Positions 1 to 9,590 of a stretch of DNA of 64,000 nt are shown in pieces. The position numbers were made by a program, and so were the translations under genes. Below the pieces are notes generated by a model. It made no database searches, was not told the origin of the DNA, and saw only the letters and a list, made by a program, of their open reading frames with translations. How positions within the stretch are numbered: position 1 is the first letter of the stretch; each line of letters begins with the position of its first letter. This DNA is from an uncultured Candidatus Saccharibacteria bacterium (GTDB taxonomy: Bacteria > Patescibacteriota > Minisyncoccia > Phycocordibacterales > UBA918), in assembly GCA_964552045.1 (NCBI GenBank), contig CAZKFF010000005.1, positions 34,302 through 98,301 on the forward strand, in the 5' to 3' direction.

Positions 1-473
1 TGCAGAAGCATGACAACCGCAATGATCGCGGTAATGCCTACAAACGGCAGCGTACCATGCCTGAACGTTCCGATGAGCTTTTGCACTCCCGAGAGCCAGG
101 TTGCCATGTATATGATGAATCCGATCTTAAGGAGCTCCGCAGGCTGGAATGAGAAGCTCCCGAGCCGCACCCAGCGCTGCGCGCCGCCGTGCTCCATCCC
201 CAAGCCCGGAATGAATACACAAAGCGTAAGGAGGACCGTCGCAATAAAGATATAGAACGCGTACTTGCGCCAATTGCGGTAGAAGATCTGACTTGTGAGG
301 AACATCGCTATGCCGCCGCCGATGATTCCGAAAAATATCTGGCTGAATGCCACCGATGAGAAGCGTGCTCCTTCGCGTGCAAGCAGGCCGAGTGATGCGG
401 AAGAAAAGATGAAAAAGCCCGCGACAACCAGGAGAAGAATAATGCTCAGCAATGTGCGGTCCACTTTTCCCAT
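1..473 (-). CDS. ftsW: Cell division protein FtsW/RodA (SEDS family), N-terminal part; 3' end lies beyond the window
   Basis: Manual reverse translation from the ATG at 473: MGKVDRTLLSIILLLVVAGFFIF...WVRLGSFSFQPAELLKIGFIIY, with SEDS TM-helix pattern. Not in the ORF track because it is cut by the window edge. Start sits 1 nt after the mraY stop. Confidence 0.72.
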   Translation of the reverse strand, partial: MGKVDRTLLSIILLLVVAGFFIFSSASLGLLAREGARFSSVAFSQIFFGIIGGGIAMFLTSQIFYRNWRKYAFYIFIATVLLTLCVFIPGLGMEHGGAQRWVRLGSFSFQPAELLKIGFIIYMATWLSGVQKLIGTFRHGTLPFVGITAIIAVVMLL

Positions 474-474
474 A

Positions 475-1533
475 TCAAACGATCGAAGCGAAGATAATCC
501 CCAATATCGCGCAGATCATGCTGATGATCCAGTACCGCATCGTGACCTTGTATGAAGGCCATCCGATGGCCTCGAAGTGGTGATGCAAAGGCGCTATCCT
601 GAATAGCTTCCTTCCGGTGGCCTTCCGAAAACTGATCTGCAGCACGTTCGAGAGTACTGTGGCAATAAGCGGCAAGCCGATGACCGCGAAAAGCGATATA
701 CCATGCCCGTCACCGAGGTTGTCCGTCATCACCACGACCACGGACAGCGTGAGCGTGAGCGCCATGGAACCGGTCTCTGTCATCCAGAAGCGCGCAGGGG
801 GAATATTGAACCACGTGAACGCAAGTATGGCTCCGGTTATCGTCGCGCACAAAGCAGCGAGCTCGTACTGCTGTTGGATCATGGCAACTCCAGCGTATGA
901 AGAGAAAATAGCGGCAAAGACTCCTCCGGAGAGACCGTCGATGCCGTCGATGACGCCGCTCGCATACAGCGCATTGGTGAGCAGTATGAAGAACGGAATG
1001 ATGAGTATGCCGACCTCAAGCGAACCGTCGAACGGGATGCCGATGCTTGTGACGCCGAGCTTCTGGTAGAACCACCAGCCGATAATTCCTGCAAGCAGTG
1101 AAATGATGATGATGCGCCGCGAGAGTCGAATGCCTTTGCCGTTATGCACCACATCATAGAAATCATTGAGGAAACCGATAGCGGCGCCAATGATGAGTGT
1201 ACAGAGCGGTATCCACGTCTGTTCACGGCTGAAGAAGTCAAGATTGGCGAATACGACCTGCGGGAACAGGCGTTCAACAGCAAAGAGCACGATTACCGTC
1301 AGAAGCACACTGCCCCAGATAATGATGCCGCCCATACGCGGGGTCTTCGTCTCGCCGTCGCCTTTGAGTCGGTTGAACTCGACAGCCTCCGTCCCGTTGA
1401 GCGCTATCTTCCCTCCCGTTTTTTTCCAGACCTTATACGTATACAAGTAGTGCGTCAAAACGGGTGTGATGAGAATCCCGATAATGAAAGCAGTTGTTGC
1501 CGGTACGAGTATTTTAATGATCGCAAGTTCCAT
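475..1533 (-). CDS. mraY: Phospho-N-acetylmuramoyl-pentapeptide transferase
   Basis: 352 aa polytopic protein with the MraY hallmarks DGIDGL and APLHHHFE. Part of a dcw context with ftsW. Confidence 0.9.
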   Translation of the reverse strand: MELAIIKILVPATTAFIIGILITPVLTHYLYTYKVWKKTGGKIALNGTEAVEFNRLKGDGETKTPRMGGIIIWGSVLLTVIVLFAVERLFPQVVFANLDFFSREQTWIPLCTLIIGAAIGFLNDFYDVVHNGKGIRLSRRIIIISLLAGIIGWWFYQKLGVTSIGIPFDGSLEVGILIIPFFILLTNALYASGVIDGIDGLSGGVFAAIFSSYAGVAMIQQQYELAALCATITGAILAFTWFNIPPARFWMTETGSMALTLTLSVVVVMTDNLGDGHGISLFAVIGLPLIATVLSNVLQISFRKATGRKLFRIAPLHHHFEAIGWPSYKVTMRYWIISMICAILGIIFASIV

Positions 1534-1539
1534 ATGTAT

Positions 1540-2568
1540 TTATTCTGTCGTTTCTAATGCCATGTATTTTTGGGTCTCGGCAACGAGGGTCATAATATCA
1601 GTAAACCGGTCCTGCTGGGTTGAACCGAGTACAACTGCAGCGACAGGACGGTTGAGGCCCGCATTGAAGGCAACGACAAGATTACCCCCGGCGAGGTCTG
1701 TATAGCCCGTCTTTGACCCGATAAGACCCGGTATCTTGTTGACATAGTAATTGGTATTCTCCGCATCGTGAAATTCCCCTGTTTTGCTGTACACGCGTGC
1801 CTGATCTTCCCTGGTGAACGTGAGGATATCCGGCTCATTGCGGACGATATATTCCATCAAAAACGCCACATCGCGCGCTGATCCGTACGCCCCGCCTTCT
1901 GTCGGAGAGAGGTCGAGACCTGTCGGGTTTTTGAAATAGGTCTCATGGAGTCCGAGCTCCTTCGCACGAAGATTCATGGCATCAACGAATGTGTATGCGC
2001 CGGAATCCGGCGAGAGCAGATTGCCAGCGGCCGCGGCAAGCGCGAACGCACCATCATTGGAGGAAGACATCAATACCAGGTCCGACAGCGTAAGACGGTC
2101 GAACACCTCTCCTTCCAAAAAGCCGCTGTCCCCGTCTTGTTTGATGGACATGCCTTTTATCTCAACCTGATCTGATTCCTCGAGCACCTCGTTGGCCACC
2201 AATGCGGTCATGAGTTTGGTAATGGATGCCAAGGGAAGCTGCGCCGATTCCTCCTTTTTATAGAGCACTTTCTGGTTCTGGATATCCCAGACGTACGCAG
2301 CTTTTGCTGTTATGCTGATGTCCGCAAACGGCAGCGCGCTTTCGTCACTATCTGCGGCTGCATCATCTGGGACGGTGCTCTGTGCGGTCGACGCCGGTGC
2401 CGCATCGGAATCTTTCAGCAGGGAGATAAGCACGGGTGTTATTGTTCCGGCAAAGATGCACACCAGGATCGCACCAAGTATGAAAAGCTGCTGCGTCACC
2501 GGCAAGCCGCTGCGCTGCGGAGCGTTCGGGTCAAAATCAAGTATGTCGTTGTTGTCTTCTTCTGGCAT
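1540..2568 (-). CDS. D-alanyl-D-alanine carboxypeptidase (peptidase S11 / PBP5-like), N-terminal TM anchor
   Basis: Shows SxxK (SITKLMT), SxN (SSSND) and KTG (KTGYT) motifs after an N-terminal membrane anchor. Confidence 0.75.
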   Translation of the reverse strand: MPEEDNNDILDFDPNAPQRSGLPVTQQLFILGAILVCIFAGTITPVLISLLKDSDAAPASTAQSTVPDDAAADSDESALPFADISITAKAAYVWDIQNQKVLYKKEESAQLPLASITKLMTALVANEVLEESDQVEIKGMSIKQDGDSGFLEGEVFDRLTLSDLVLMSSSNDGAFALAAAAGNLLSPDSGAYTFVDAMNLRAKELGLHETYFKNPTGLDLSPTEGGAYGSARDVAFLMEYIVRNEPDILTFTREDQARVYSKTGEFHDAENTNYYVNKIPGLIGSKTGYTDLAGGNLVVAFNAGLNRPVAAVVLGSTQQDRFTDIMTLVAETQKYMALETTE

Positions 2569-2577
2569 ATCGCTTCA

Positions 2578-3111
2578 CTATGTGTTCTCTTGTTCCTGCT
2601 GCGCTTCGAATTTTTCGAGCTGGTCAAGCACTGCCGCATAATTGGGCAGCTCTGTCTTCTGTGCGATACCCAAGTGCGACAAGAGAGCGGGAGTGACGGA
2701 AAATACGGCCGCGTTCTTTTCCATTTCACGCTCGATGAGGCCGCGAATAAGGAGATTGCGGAGGATGAATGATGAGTTCACTCCACGGATACGGTCTATC
2801 TCTGCGCGCGATATCGGGCCGCGATACAGGATGATGGCAAGCGTCTCTGCGCCAGCCTTCCCGATATCGCGCTTCATCTCGTCCTTCCGCACCGTTTCAA
2901 TGAGCTCATCGAGTTCTGGAGCGGTTGCAAGCTGCACTTCGGTTTCGGTAGTTATGAGGCGTACGGCGCCCTGCTGCAAGCGGGAAGAGAGCTGTTGCAG
3001 CGCTTCATTGAGCGCAGTCTCGTCCACACTAAAAGTCTTGCACAAGGCACTTTTCTTCACAGGCGATGCTTTATAGAAAAGCAGCCCTTCAATCTGCACA
3101 GACAGCTCCAT
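2578..3111 (-). CDS. scpB: Segregation and condensation protein B
   Basis: 177 aa; contains LYRGPISRAEIDRIRGV, the ScpB winged-helix signature. Adjacent to scpA. Confidence 0.8.
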   Translation of the reverse strand: MELSVQIEGLLFYKASPVKKSALCKTFSVDETALNEALQQLSSRLQQGAVRLITTETEVQLATAPELDELIETVRKDEMKRDIGKAGAETLAIILYRGPISRAEIDRIRGVNSSFILRNLLIRGLIEREMEKNAAVFSVTPALLSHLGIAQKTELPNYAAVLDQLEKFEAQQEQENT

Positions 3112-3154
3112 TGCGCTAGTATAGCAAGAAAATACAATGTTTTCTCCTGTGCTG

Positions 3155-3898
3155 TTAGTAGTACCGCGGAGCCCCGACCTTCTCCTTTTCTATATGTATA
3201 TCCTCAAATTTTCCGGCCTGCGCCACGAGGATGCTGCCCTGCTTCACGGACTCAAGGATAGCGAGAAATCCCACGATCACATGTGCTTTTTCGCTATTAT
3301 CGCTGATGAGTTCACTGAACTTGAGCTTTACCTGCTTTTCTATGCGTTCGTGAAGCCGTTCTATCATTTCCTCGAGAGAGATGACCTTCCGCACTTTGAC
3401 CTTGGGCTTTTCCTCCTTCTTTGGAAGATTCTGGAGCACATCCTCAATGGCCGTTTTCAGTGGGTCGAGCGATGTGTAGGAGTCGGTCACAAACAGCGGT
3501 TCTGACGCCGGAAAGAACTGCCGTTCATGCATGACTGTCGTGCCGAAGAGCGCTTCAATGTCCTTTGCGATGTTCCGGTACAGCTGGTAGCGCTTGAGCC
3601 GCACCTCAATGTCATCGATCCCCTCCTCCTCTTCTTGGGTGAGTTCAAGGATCGGCAGAAGCGATTTGGATTTGATGAGGAGAAGCGTCGCTGCAAGCGT
3701 GATGAACTGCGCGGTGTTCGGCAGCGAAAGCTCCTGCATAATGGAGACCTGCCGCATATATTCATCCGTTACTGATGCAAGCGAAATATCGTTGATGAGA
3801 AATTTGCGCCTTTCTACAAGATCGAGCAAGAGTTCAAGCGGTCCTTCGAACGCCTGTGTTTTGATGGAGATGGTTTCTATGTCCAGTATCTGGCTCAT
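3155..3898 (-). CDS. scpA: Segregation and condensation protein A
   Basis: Contains FEGPLELLLDLVERRK, the ScpA N-terminal signature. 247 aa. Confidence 0.8.
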   Translation of the reverse strand: MSQILDIETISIKTQAFEGPLELLLDLVERRKFLINDISLASVTDEYMRQVSIMQELSLPNTAQFITLAATLLLIKSKSLLPILELTQEEEEGIDDIEVRLKRYQLYRNIAKDIEALFGTTVMHERQFFPASEPLFVTDSYTSLDPLKTAIEDVLQNLPKKEEKPKVKVRKVISLEEMIERLHERIEKQVKLKFSELISDNSEKAHVIVGFLAILESVKQGSILVAQAGKFEDIHIEKEKVGAPRYY

Positions 3899-3927
3899 AC
3901 GGACATAGTACCACGGGAAGCCGCTGT

Positions 3928-5163
3928 CTAGATGATGAATCTGCCGTTCTTGTATATGACCACTTCAGAGCCGTCGTACAGCGTCGCCGTTGCGGTCCGA
4001 TTGGTTGTCGAGACGATGTCCGAGTGGACCACAGACTGATTGTAGCCGAGTGTATTCCAGCGCTTCTCACTCACCTTCTTCGGATCACCGACGTAACAGT
4101 CGCGGTAGGCGCTACCGAGCGCGACATGCGTATTGCCGTACTTCCCTCCCATATTTTCATCGTAGAGGATCTCGGCCATGCTTTTGGTGATACGCGACAG
4201 CCGCGCGTCGGTGAGCGAAAATTCACCGAGATAATTACCGCCTTCTGTCTTCAGCATGCTCTTGAGCAGATCATGGTTCCTGCTTGCTTTCGATTTGATG
4301 ACCTTTCCGTCCTTGAACGTGAGCTCGATGCCCTCGATCTTCTTGCCGTAGCGGTAGTGTGGCTGGTTGAAGCGCGCCCATCCATTGACCTCGCGGAAAT
4401 TGGGCGACGTGAATACTTCGTAGGACGGGATGTTATTTCCGCCTCCGGCGCGCCATGCGCGGTCTTTGCCGATGCCGATGTGCAGATCGATGTCCTCGCC
4501 CTCTATGTGGACTGACTTGATCTGCATGTCAGTGAGCTTCTTGGCCGTTGTCTGGACGATCTTGTTGATTGTGTGCCATTGCGCAACCGGGTCTTTTTTG
4601 TCGAGGTAGCACGCCTTGATGATCTGGTCCCAGAATTCCCTGCCGGTCATGCCGGCTTCTTTGGCACCTTCGTTCGTGCCATACAGCGCCAGCGTCCACG
4701 TCATCTCTCCTGCGTCGATCTTCTTGAACTTCCATTCCTTCACTCGTTTGAGGGCCGCTGAGCGCTTGAGTATCTTCTTGGAATCGACTGCGTTGAGTGC
4801 ATGCGGGTCTGTATCAGCAAGGATAGCGATGCTGCAATCGACTTGATCAATGAGGCCTCTGTAATACTTGTCGGCGAAGAACTCGATCTGATCATGTTTG
4901 GCATGGTCAAAGAAGTTCTTGTCGAAATTGTAATCCTTGTCGTTGTTGGGTATGAACACGCCCAAGGGGTTATAGCCGTTTTTGAGGATCTCCGCCTGCA
5001 AATGGAAATAGAGCGGTTTGGCCACTTCCGGCACAACGAACTGCACGACACTCCCCCTTTTTGGTTTTTTCCCGTCGCGTGACTGCAGTCCGAACTGCAC
5101 GATAAGCTGGGCGTACTTCTGAAGGATCTCCGGCTTTGGTGTGTATGATTGTTGCATGGTCAA
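3928..5163 (-). CDS. Aminopeptidase, M29 family (AmpS/PepS-like)
   Basis: 411 aa with overall similarity to thermophilic metalloaminopeptidase M29 proteins. No signal peptide. Confidence 0.7.
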   Translation of the reverse strand: MTMQQSYTPKPEILQKYAQLIVQFGLQSRDGKKPKRGSVVQFVVPEVAKPLYFHLQAEILKNGYNPLGVFIPNNDKDYNFDKNFFDHAKHDQIEFFADKYYRGLIDQVDCSIAILADTDPHALNAVDSKKILKRSAALKRVKEWKFKKIDAGEMTWTLALYGTNEGAKEAGMTGREFWDQIIKACYLDKKDPVAQWHTINKIVQTTAKKLTDMQIKSVHIEGEDIDLHIGIGKDRAWRAGGGNNIPSYEVFTSPNFREVNGWARFNQPHYRYGKKIEGIELTFKDGKVIKSKASRNHDLLKSMLKTEGGNYLGEFSLTDARLSRITKSMAEILYDENMGGKYGNTHVALGSAYRDCYVGDPKKVSEKRWNTLGYNQSVVHSDIVSTTNRTATATLYDGSEVVIYKNGRFII

Positions 5164-5169
5164 AAAAGT

Positions 5170-6546
5170 TTAGCGCTTTTCAATGTTGACATCATCGTCT
5201 ATGTCTACTGTCTCAGAAGCAGATGAAAGTAATGTGTCGATACGGTTGATGTCGCGCGGGAACAATGATGCCTCTTTGACGTTGCCGAGATTGAGCATCT
5301 TCATAGTGAGGCGTTCGAGTCCCATGCCGATGCCTCCGTGTGGAGCAATGCCATATTTGAATGCCTGCAGATAGAACTCGAATTTGTCAGGATCAAGACC
5401 TTTGCTTTTGAGACGCTCCACGAGCTCGTTGTAGTCATGCACACGCTGTGCGCCTGAGCACATCTCCAGTCCTCGGAAGAGCATGTCGAAACTTCTTGTG
5501 TACTGCGGATCCTCCGGTTTGATGTGTGTATAGAACGGCCGTTTCGAGGTTGGGAATTCCGTGATGAATACGAAATCCGACCCAAAGTGCTTCGCAGCAT
5601 AGTCACACAAGAACCGTTCATCTTCAGGTTCAAGATCTGGCTCACTGGTCTTATCTTCCCCCGTTTCCTTTCTGATGAGTTCTTGTGCTTCGCGCAGCGT
5701 CATTGTCGGGAACGTTTCAGGCGCCAGAGGTGCAGCGATACCGAAGAGTTCAAGTTCTGCCTTGTTCTCTGTGGCCACCTGTGTGCAGATATACCGCATG
5801 AGCTTCGTGACCAGCGCGATGACGTCCATATGACTTTCGATGAAGCCCATCTCCAGATCGAGCATGGCGATCTCACTCATGTGGCGCGTGGTTGCACTTT
5901 TTTCCGCCCGAAAGGTGGCGCCGACAGAGAAGACGCGCTCGAACACGCCAACCATGATCTGTTTGTAGAGCTGCGGACTCGTTGCGAGGTATGCGTGTTT
6001 CTCGTTGAAATACGAAACCTTGAACACCTCCGCTCCCCCTTCGGCATCACCGCCGACAAGCTTCGGCGCCTGGAATTCAATAAATCCCTCCTGTGTGAGA
6101 AAATCGCGGTACGCTTTAAGTATCGTGTGCTGTACTTTGAAGATCGCCCGCTCTTTTTTGCGCCGCAGTGTGATCGGGCGGTAATCGAGCAGTGTATCGA
6201 GGTTGAGTTCCCCGTCGAGGTCAAATGGCAGGGCTTCTGCAAGATTGAGTATCGCAATTCCGGTTATCTCGAGCTCAATATCGCCATTCTGTGCTGAAGC
6301 ATTGACCATTTTTTCAGGACGTTTGTTAATGATGCCGGTTATGGCAACTGCCGACTCTGCCTTTAGCTGTTGCGCTGTCTCCAGCACTTCAGGCTTGCCG
6401 AATACCACGCCCTGGATGGTTCCTGTCCGGTCGTAGAAATCGAAAAAGGCCATTTTCCCCTGGAATCGTGCTACTGCGACGCTTCCCTTGATGGTTATCT
6501 CTTCTCCAATATGCTCATGAAGTGAGCCAATAAGTATTCGTTCCAT
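5170..6546 (-). CDS. aspS: Aspartyl-tRNA synthetase, archaeal/eukaryotic type (class IIb), probably non-discriminating
   Basis: About 458 aa from the internal start MERILIGS. Carries class II motifs, SPQLYKQ, GLERL and a C-terminal FPRD (AspRS-like rather than AsnRS FPRT). No bacterial GAD insertion. The first 33 codons of the track ORF overlap the T-box terminator and are rejected. Confidence 0.75.
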   Translation of the reverse strand: MERILIGSLHEHIGEEITIKGSVAVARFQGKMAFFDFYDRTGTIQGVVFGKPEVLETAQQLKAESAVAITGIINKRPEKMVNASAQNGDIELEITGIAILNLAEALPFDLDGELNLDTLLDYRPITLRRKKERAIFKVQHTILKAYRDFLTQEGFIEFQAPKLVGGDAEGGAEVFKVSYFNEKHAYLATSPQLYKQIMVGVFERVFSVGATFRAEKSATTRHMSEIAMLDLEMGFIESHMDVIALVTKLMRYICTQVATENKAELELFGIAAPLAPETFPTMTLREAQELIRKETGEDKTSEPDLEPEDERFLCDYAAKHFGSDFVFITEFPTSKRPFYTHIKPEDPQYTRSFDMLFRGLEMCSGAQRVHDYNELVERLKSKGLDPDKFEFYLQAFKYGIAPHGGIGMGLERLTMKMLNLGNVKEASLFPRDINRIDTLLSSASETVDIDDDVNIEKR

Positions 6547-6777
6547 GATGTTCTCTGCAGGAACGAATAATCGCCCCTGCCAATATATTATTACTAATAC
6601 ATGTGCAGGGGCGATTCCTATCAGTGCGATAAGCCGCGGTGCCACCCTACTTCCCCGACCTTTGACGCCGGGCTTTATTTCGACCGCGCGATATCGGGCG
6701 CATCCCGGAAAGCCGTCAGGACTTTCAGACCTCCGCAGTTGTCAGCTGCATCATCGGCTTCTGTACTATAGCGCAGT
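6547..6777 (-). promoter_or_regulatory. T-box riboswitch leader of aspS
   Basis: The minus-strand RNA contains the canonical T-box sequence AGGGUGGCACCGCGG (plus 6634-6648). A terminator hairpin (AAUCGCCCCUGC...GCAGGGGCGAUU, plus 6569-6616) and a U-rich run follow it, immediately before the aspS ATG. The CCCU in the terminator 5' arm can pair with AGGG to form the antiterminator. A GACA (Asp codon + A) lies in the candidate specifier loop GCAG-CUGACAA-CUGC. Confidence 0.6.
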
Positions 6778-7716
6778 TCAGAGCGCAATGCCAATTGCAT
6801 TTCGCACCGCTACTGTCTTGGTATGAGAGATCGTTCGTGCTCTCTCTTCGCCGTCGCGCAGCACGCGTGCCACATCGTCTCCGGTGATGTTCGCCCGTTT
6901 TTCACGCAGGGGTGCAACAAACGATTCGATATCTTCAATGAGTGCCTCTTTGAGATTCTTATATTTTCCCGTATGTTCCTCATACAATGGGATGAGCTCC
7001 GCTTCTTTGCGGAAGAGCGTATGGATCGCATAGACATGCTCCGGACGTTCGCCGGATGAGTCGGTGACGATGCTCATAACCGCTTTGCTGATCTCATCTT
7101 TCGTGCCGAAGAGCGGAATGGTGTTCTTGTAGCTTTTGCTCATCTTCTGTCCGTCCGTTCCCGGGACCACCCCAACACCTTTCAGGATCTTCTCCTGCGG
7201 TGCTTTGAGAATTGCTGTATAGGCATTGTTGAACTTCATCGCTGCCTCGCGTGCATACTCAACATGCTGGCGCTGGTCTTCCCCAACGGGAACCACATCC
7301 GTGTCATACAGCAGAATATCGGCAGCCATGAGCATCGGATAGGTGAACAATCCCGCATTCGGCTCAAGCCCCTTGGCAACTTTGTCCTTATAGGAATGCG
7401 CCTGCATCAAAAACGGAACGGTCACCTGACAGTTGAGTATCCATGCAAGTTCAGTATGGTCCTGGTTGCCTGACTGCTTGAACAGTACCGCCTTACTCGG
7501 ATCAACGCCTACGGCGAGGTAATCCTTCACGATATTGATGATATTCTCATGCAGCGCAGCACCATCTTTGAGGGAGGTAAGTGCATGGAGGTCGGCGACC
7601 ATCAAAAAACTCTCGTAGTCCTCATAGATATCCAAGAAGGGCTTTAGTGAGCCAAAATAATTGCCGATATGCAGTGTTCCGGATGGCTGTAGCCCAGTAA
7701 ATAAGCGCTTTTTCAT
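6778..7716 (-). CDS. trpS: Tryptophanyl-tRNA synthetase
   Basis: 312 aa class I aaRS with KMSKS and an HIGH-like TLHIGN motif. Confidence 0.9.
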   Translation of the reverse strand: MKKRLFTGLQPSGTLHIGNYFGSLKPFLDIYEDYESFLMVADLHALTSLKDGAALHENIINIVKDYLAVGVDPSKAVLFKQSGNQDHTELAWILNCQVTVPFLMQAHSYKDKVAKGLEPNAGLFTYPMLMAADILLYDTDVVPVGEDQRQHVEYAREAAMKFNNAYTAILKAPQEKILKGVGVVPGTDGQKMSKSYKNTIPLFGTKDEISKAVMSIVTDSSGERPEHVYAIHTLFRKEAELIPLYEEHTGKYKNLKEALIEDIESFVAPLREKRANITGDDVARVLRDGEERARTISHTKTVAVRNAIGIAL

Positions 7717-7753
7717 ACAGTTAATACTACCAAAAGCAGAGCCTTTTATAAAG

Positions 7754-9433
7754 TTACATTTGGAGCGGCAAATGCAATGTGAATGTGGATCCCTTACCCT
7801 CGCCTTCTGACATAGCAGTGACGTCGCCCCCCATCTCCTGTGCTATCTTGCGGGCTATATAGAGCCCTAAACCGGTACCAGTGACATTGACCGCGTTGGC
7901 ATTATGTGCGCGCTCGAATTTTTCAAACATGTCATCAATGGTCTGCGGAGACATGCCTATGCCAGTATCGGAGATATCGACATATATGAGTTTCTTCTTC
8001 GGGTCGTCGTACACAGAGATGCGGATGGTTCCTCGCTGTGTGTACTTCAGCGCGTTGTTGACGAGGTTGTCAATGACCTGCCGTGTTTTTCCGATGTCAG
8101 CATGAACAATGCCCTTCTTGCTGAGATCCGACTTAAAGGTGAGCAGCAGACCCTTCTTCATGGCCAACTGTCGCGTGTCGTCGGCAACTTGCTGTGCAAG
8201 ATTCTTCAGATTGAAGTCAGAGTATTCATACTTCATATTTCCAGCCTGAATGCGTGACACGTTGAGGTAGTCCTCAACTGAGGTTGCCATGAACCTGCTC
8301 GATTCGCTGATGCGCTCAACTGCGCTCCGCGCTTTCTGCGGCAAATTGCCGTACGAGCCTTCAAGCAGCATGGATGTGTAGCCACGAATGGATGTGAGCG
8401 GACTGCGGAGCTGATGCGATGCAATAGAGACGAATTCCGATTTCATCTTGTCGAGAACCTTCAGACGTTCATTGGCCTTCTCGAGCTTCTGTGCCAGCTT
8501 CTCGATCTCTTCTTTCTGCCGCACAGTACGCCGGACGCTTCGAATGAGTATGAAGCCAATGACCACAGCAGCAAGGAGGGTGAACCCGGCAACAAGGCGA
8601 GTCGCGTCTGAATGGGCAACGAGCAGAAGCGATCCGACAAGCACCCACAGTATCACTACAAATGCCTGCGTTCCGATGACATTGAGATTGTAAATCTTAT
8701 ACTGAACTATCTGGTAGCCCAAAAGGAGGAGAAAGATGACCATCCCCAATGGGCCGATGAGATTGATCTCATAGGTCTTCGTGAGTTCGGCTGCGACATT
8801 ACTGAGCCAGAATACGAACAGAAAGGCCGACAGGCCGATGGTGGTGAGCAGTACTTGCTGTCTGCGCGCCACTGTTTTGATCTGGAATGTCCGCAATGCT
8901 CCATAGAGTGCAATGGCCCCAATGATCACCGGCTCAAGCCCGTAGTAGATGAAACCCCACAATAGGCCGACCACCCCTTCACAATTGTATGCATCATACT
9001 GTGCGATATTCAGGGTCGTCGGTGTAAGAAACGCCACAAGAATGAATGGGAACCCCAGTATCCATTTGACGAACCATGGCACATCCTTTTCCTCAACAAA
9101 GACGAGGAAGAAGTAGAGACAAAGCACATAGAATGCAACTTCGAGCATGGCAGTGAGCTGCCATCCGAACAACAGAATCGTGTGATAGGAAGCCACCCAC
9201 TGAACAAGGATATTAATGATCCAGAGGGCAAATGCCGCAGAGAGTGCAAGAAGGAGCCTGCTTCGAAGCGAACTGTTGTCGCGCTTGAGTATGAGTATCG
9301 AGAGCGCAAGCGAAACGAGCGTGATCGGGATATATGCATAAAAAAGTAACGCCGGCGCTGTGGAGAAATCAAACACCAGAAAGTGCGGAATCTCTTCACC
9401 GCAGATGGGTCCAAAATCACTCAGTGTCATCAT
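7754..9433 (-). CDS. Sensor histidine kinase with polytopic N-terminal sensor domain (orphan)
   Basis: HisKA H-box SHQLRSPLTSIRGY plus a HATPase_c G-box, and about 8 TM helices. Start taken at MMTLSDF; the track ORF begins at 9508. Confidence 0.7.
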   Translation of the reverse strand: MMTLSDFGPICGEEIPHFLVFDFSTAPALLFYAYIPITLVSLALSILILKRDNSSLRSRLLLALSAAFALWIINILVQWVASYHTILLFGWQLTAMLEVAFYVLCLYFFLVFVEEKDVPWFVKWILGFPFILVAFLTPTTLNIAQYDAYNCEGVVGLLWGFIYYGLEPVIIGAIALYGALRTFQIKTVARRQQVLLTTIGLSAFLFVFWLSNVAAELTKTYEINLIGPLGMVIFLLLLGYQIVQYKIYNLNVIGTQAFVVILWVLVGSLLLVAHSDATRLVAGFTLLAAVVIGFILIRSVRRTVRQKEEIEKLAQKLEKANERLKVLDKMKSEFVSIASHQLRSPLTSIRGYTSMLLEGSYGNLPQKARSAVERISESSRFMATSVEDYLNVSRIQAGNMKYEYSDFNLKNLAQQVADDTRQLAMKKGLLLTFKSDLSKKGIVHADIGKTRQVIDNLVNNALKYTQRGTIRISVYDDPKKKLIYVDISDTGIGMSPQTIDDMFEKFERAHNANAVNVTGTGLGLYIARKIAQEMGGDVTAMSEGEGKGSTFTLHLPLQM

Positions 9434-9590
9434 ATGTTTCTGCTGCGTCTTCAAGATAGACGGTCTCCATTGTCTGCAGAACGAACGTCTGGTAATACGT
9501 TGCTGCAATGCTCAGAACCGTCACGAGAAAAATGACTGCAGCAATTGCAAAGTTGTTATATCGATCGAAGTCTTTTGTGTGGATCATAGT

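Noticed and set aside
6547-6645. N-terminal 33-codon extension of the aspS ORF (MAPRLIALIGIAPAHV...), with similar extensions on the grpE, purD-like, pdaD, alaS, mnmA and NQO ORFs.
   Set aside because: The extension overlaps the T-box terminator hairpin or has non-protein-like sequence. Conserved family N-termini begin at the internal Met in each case.
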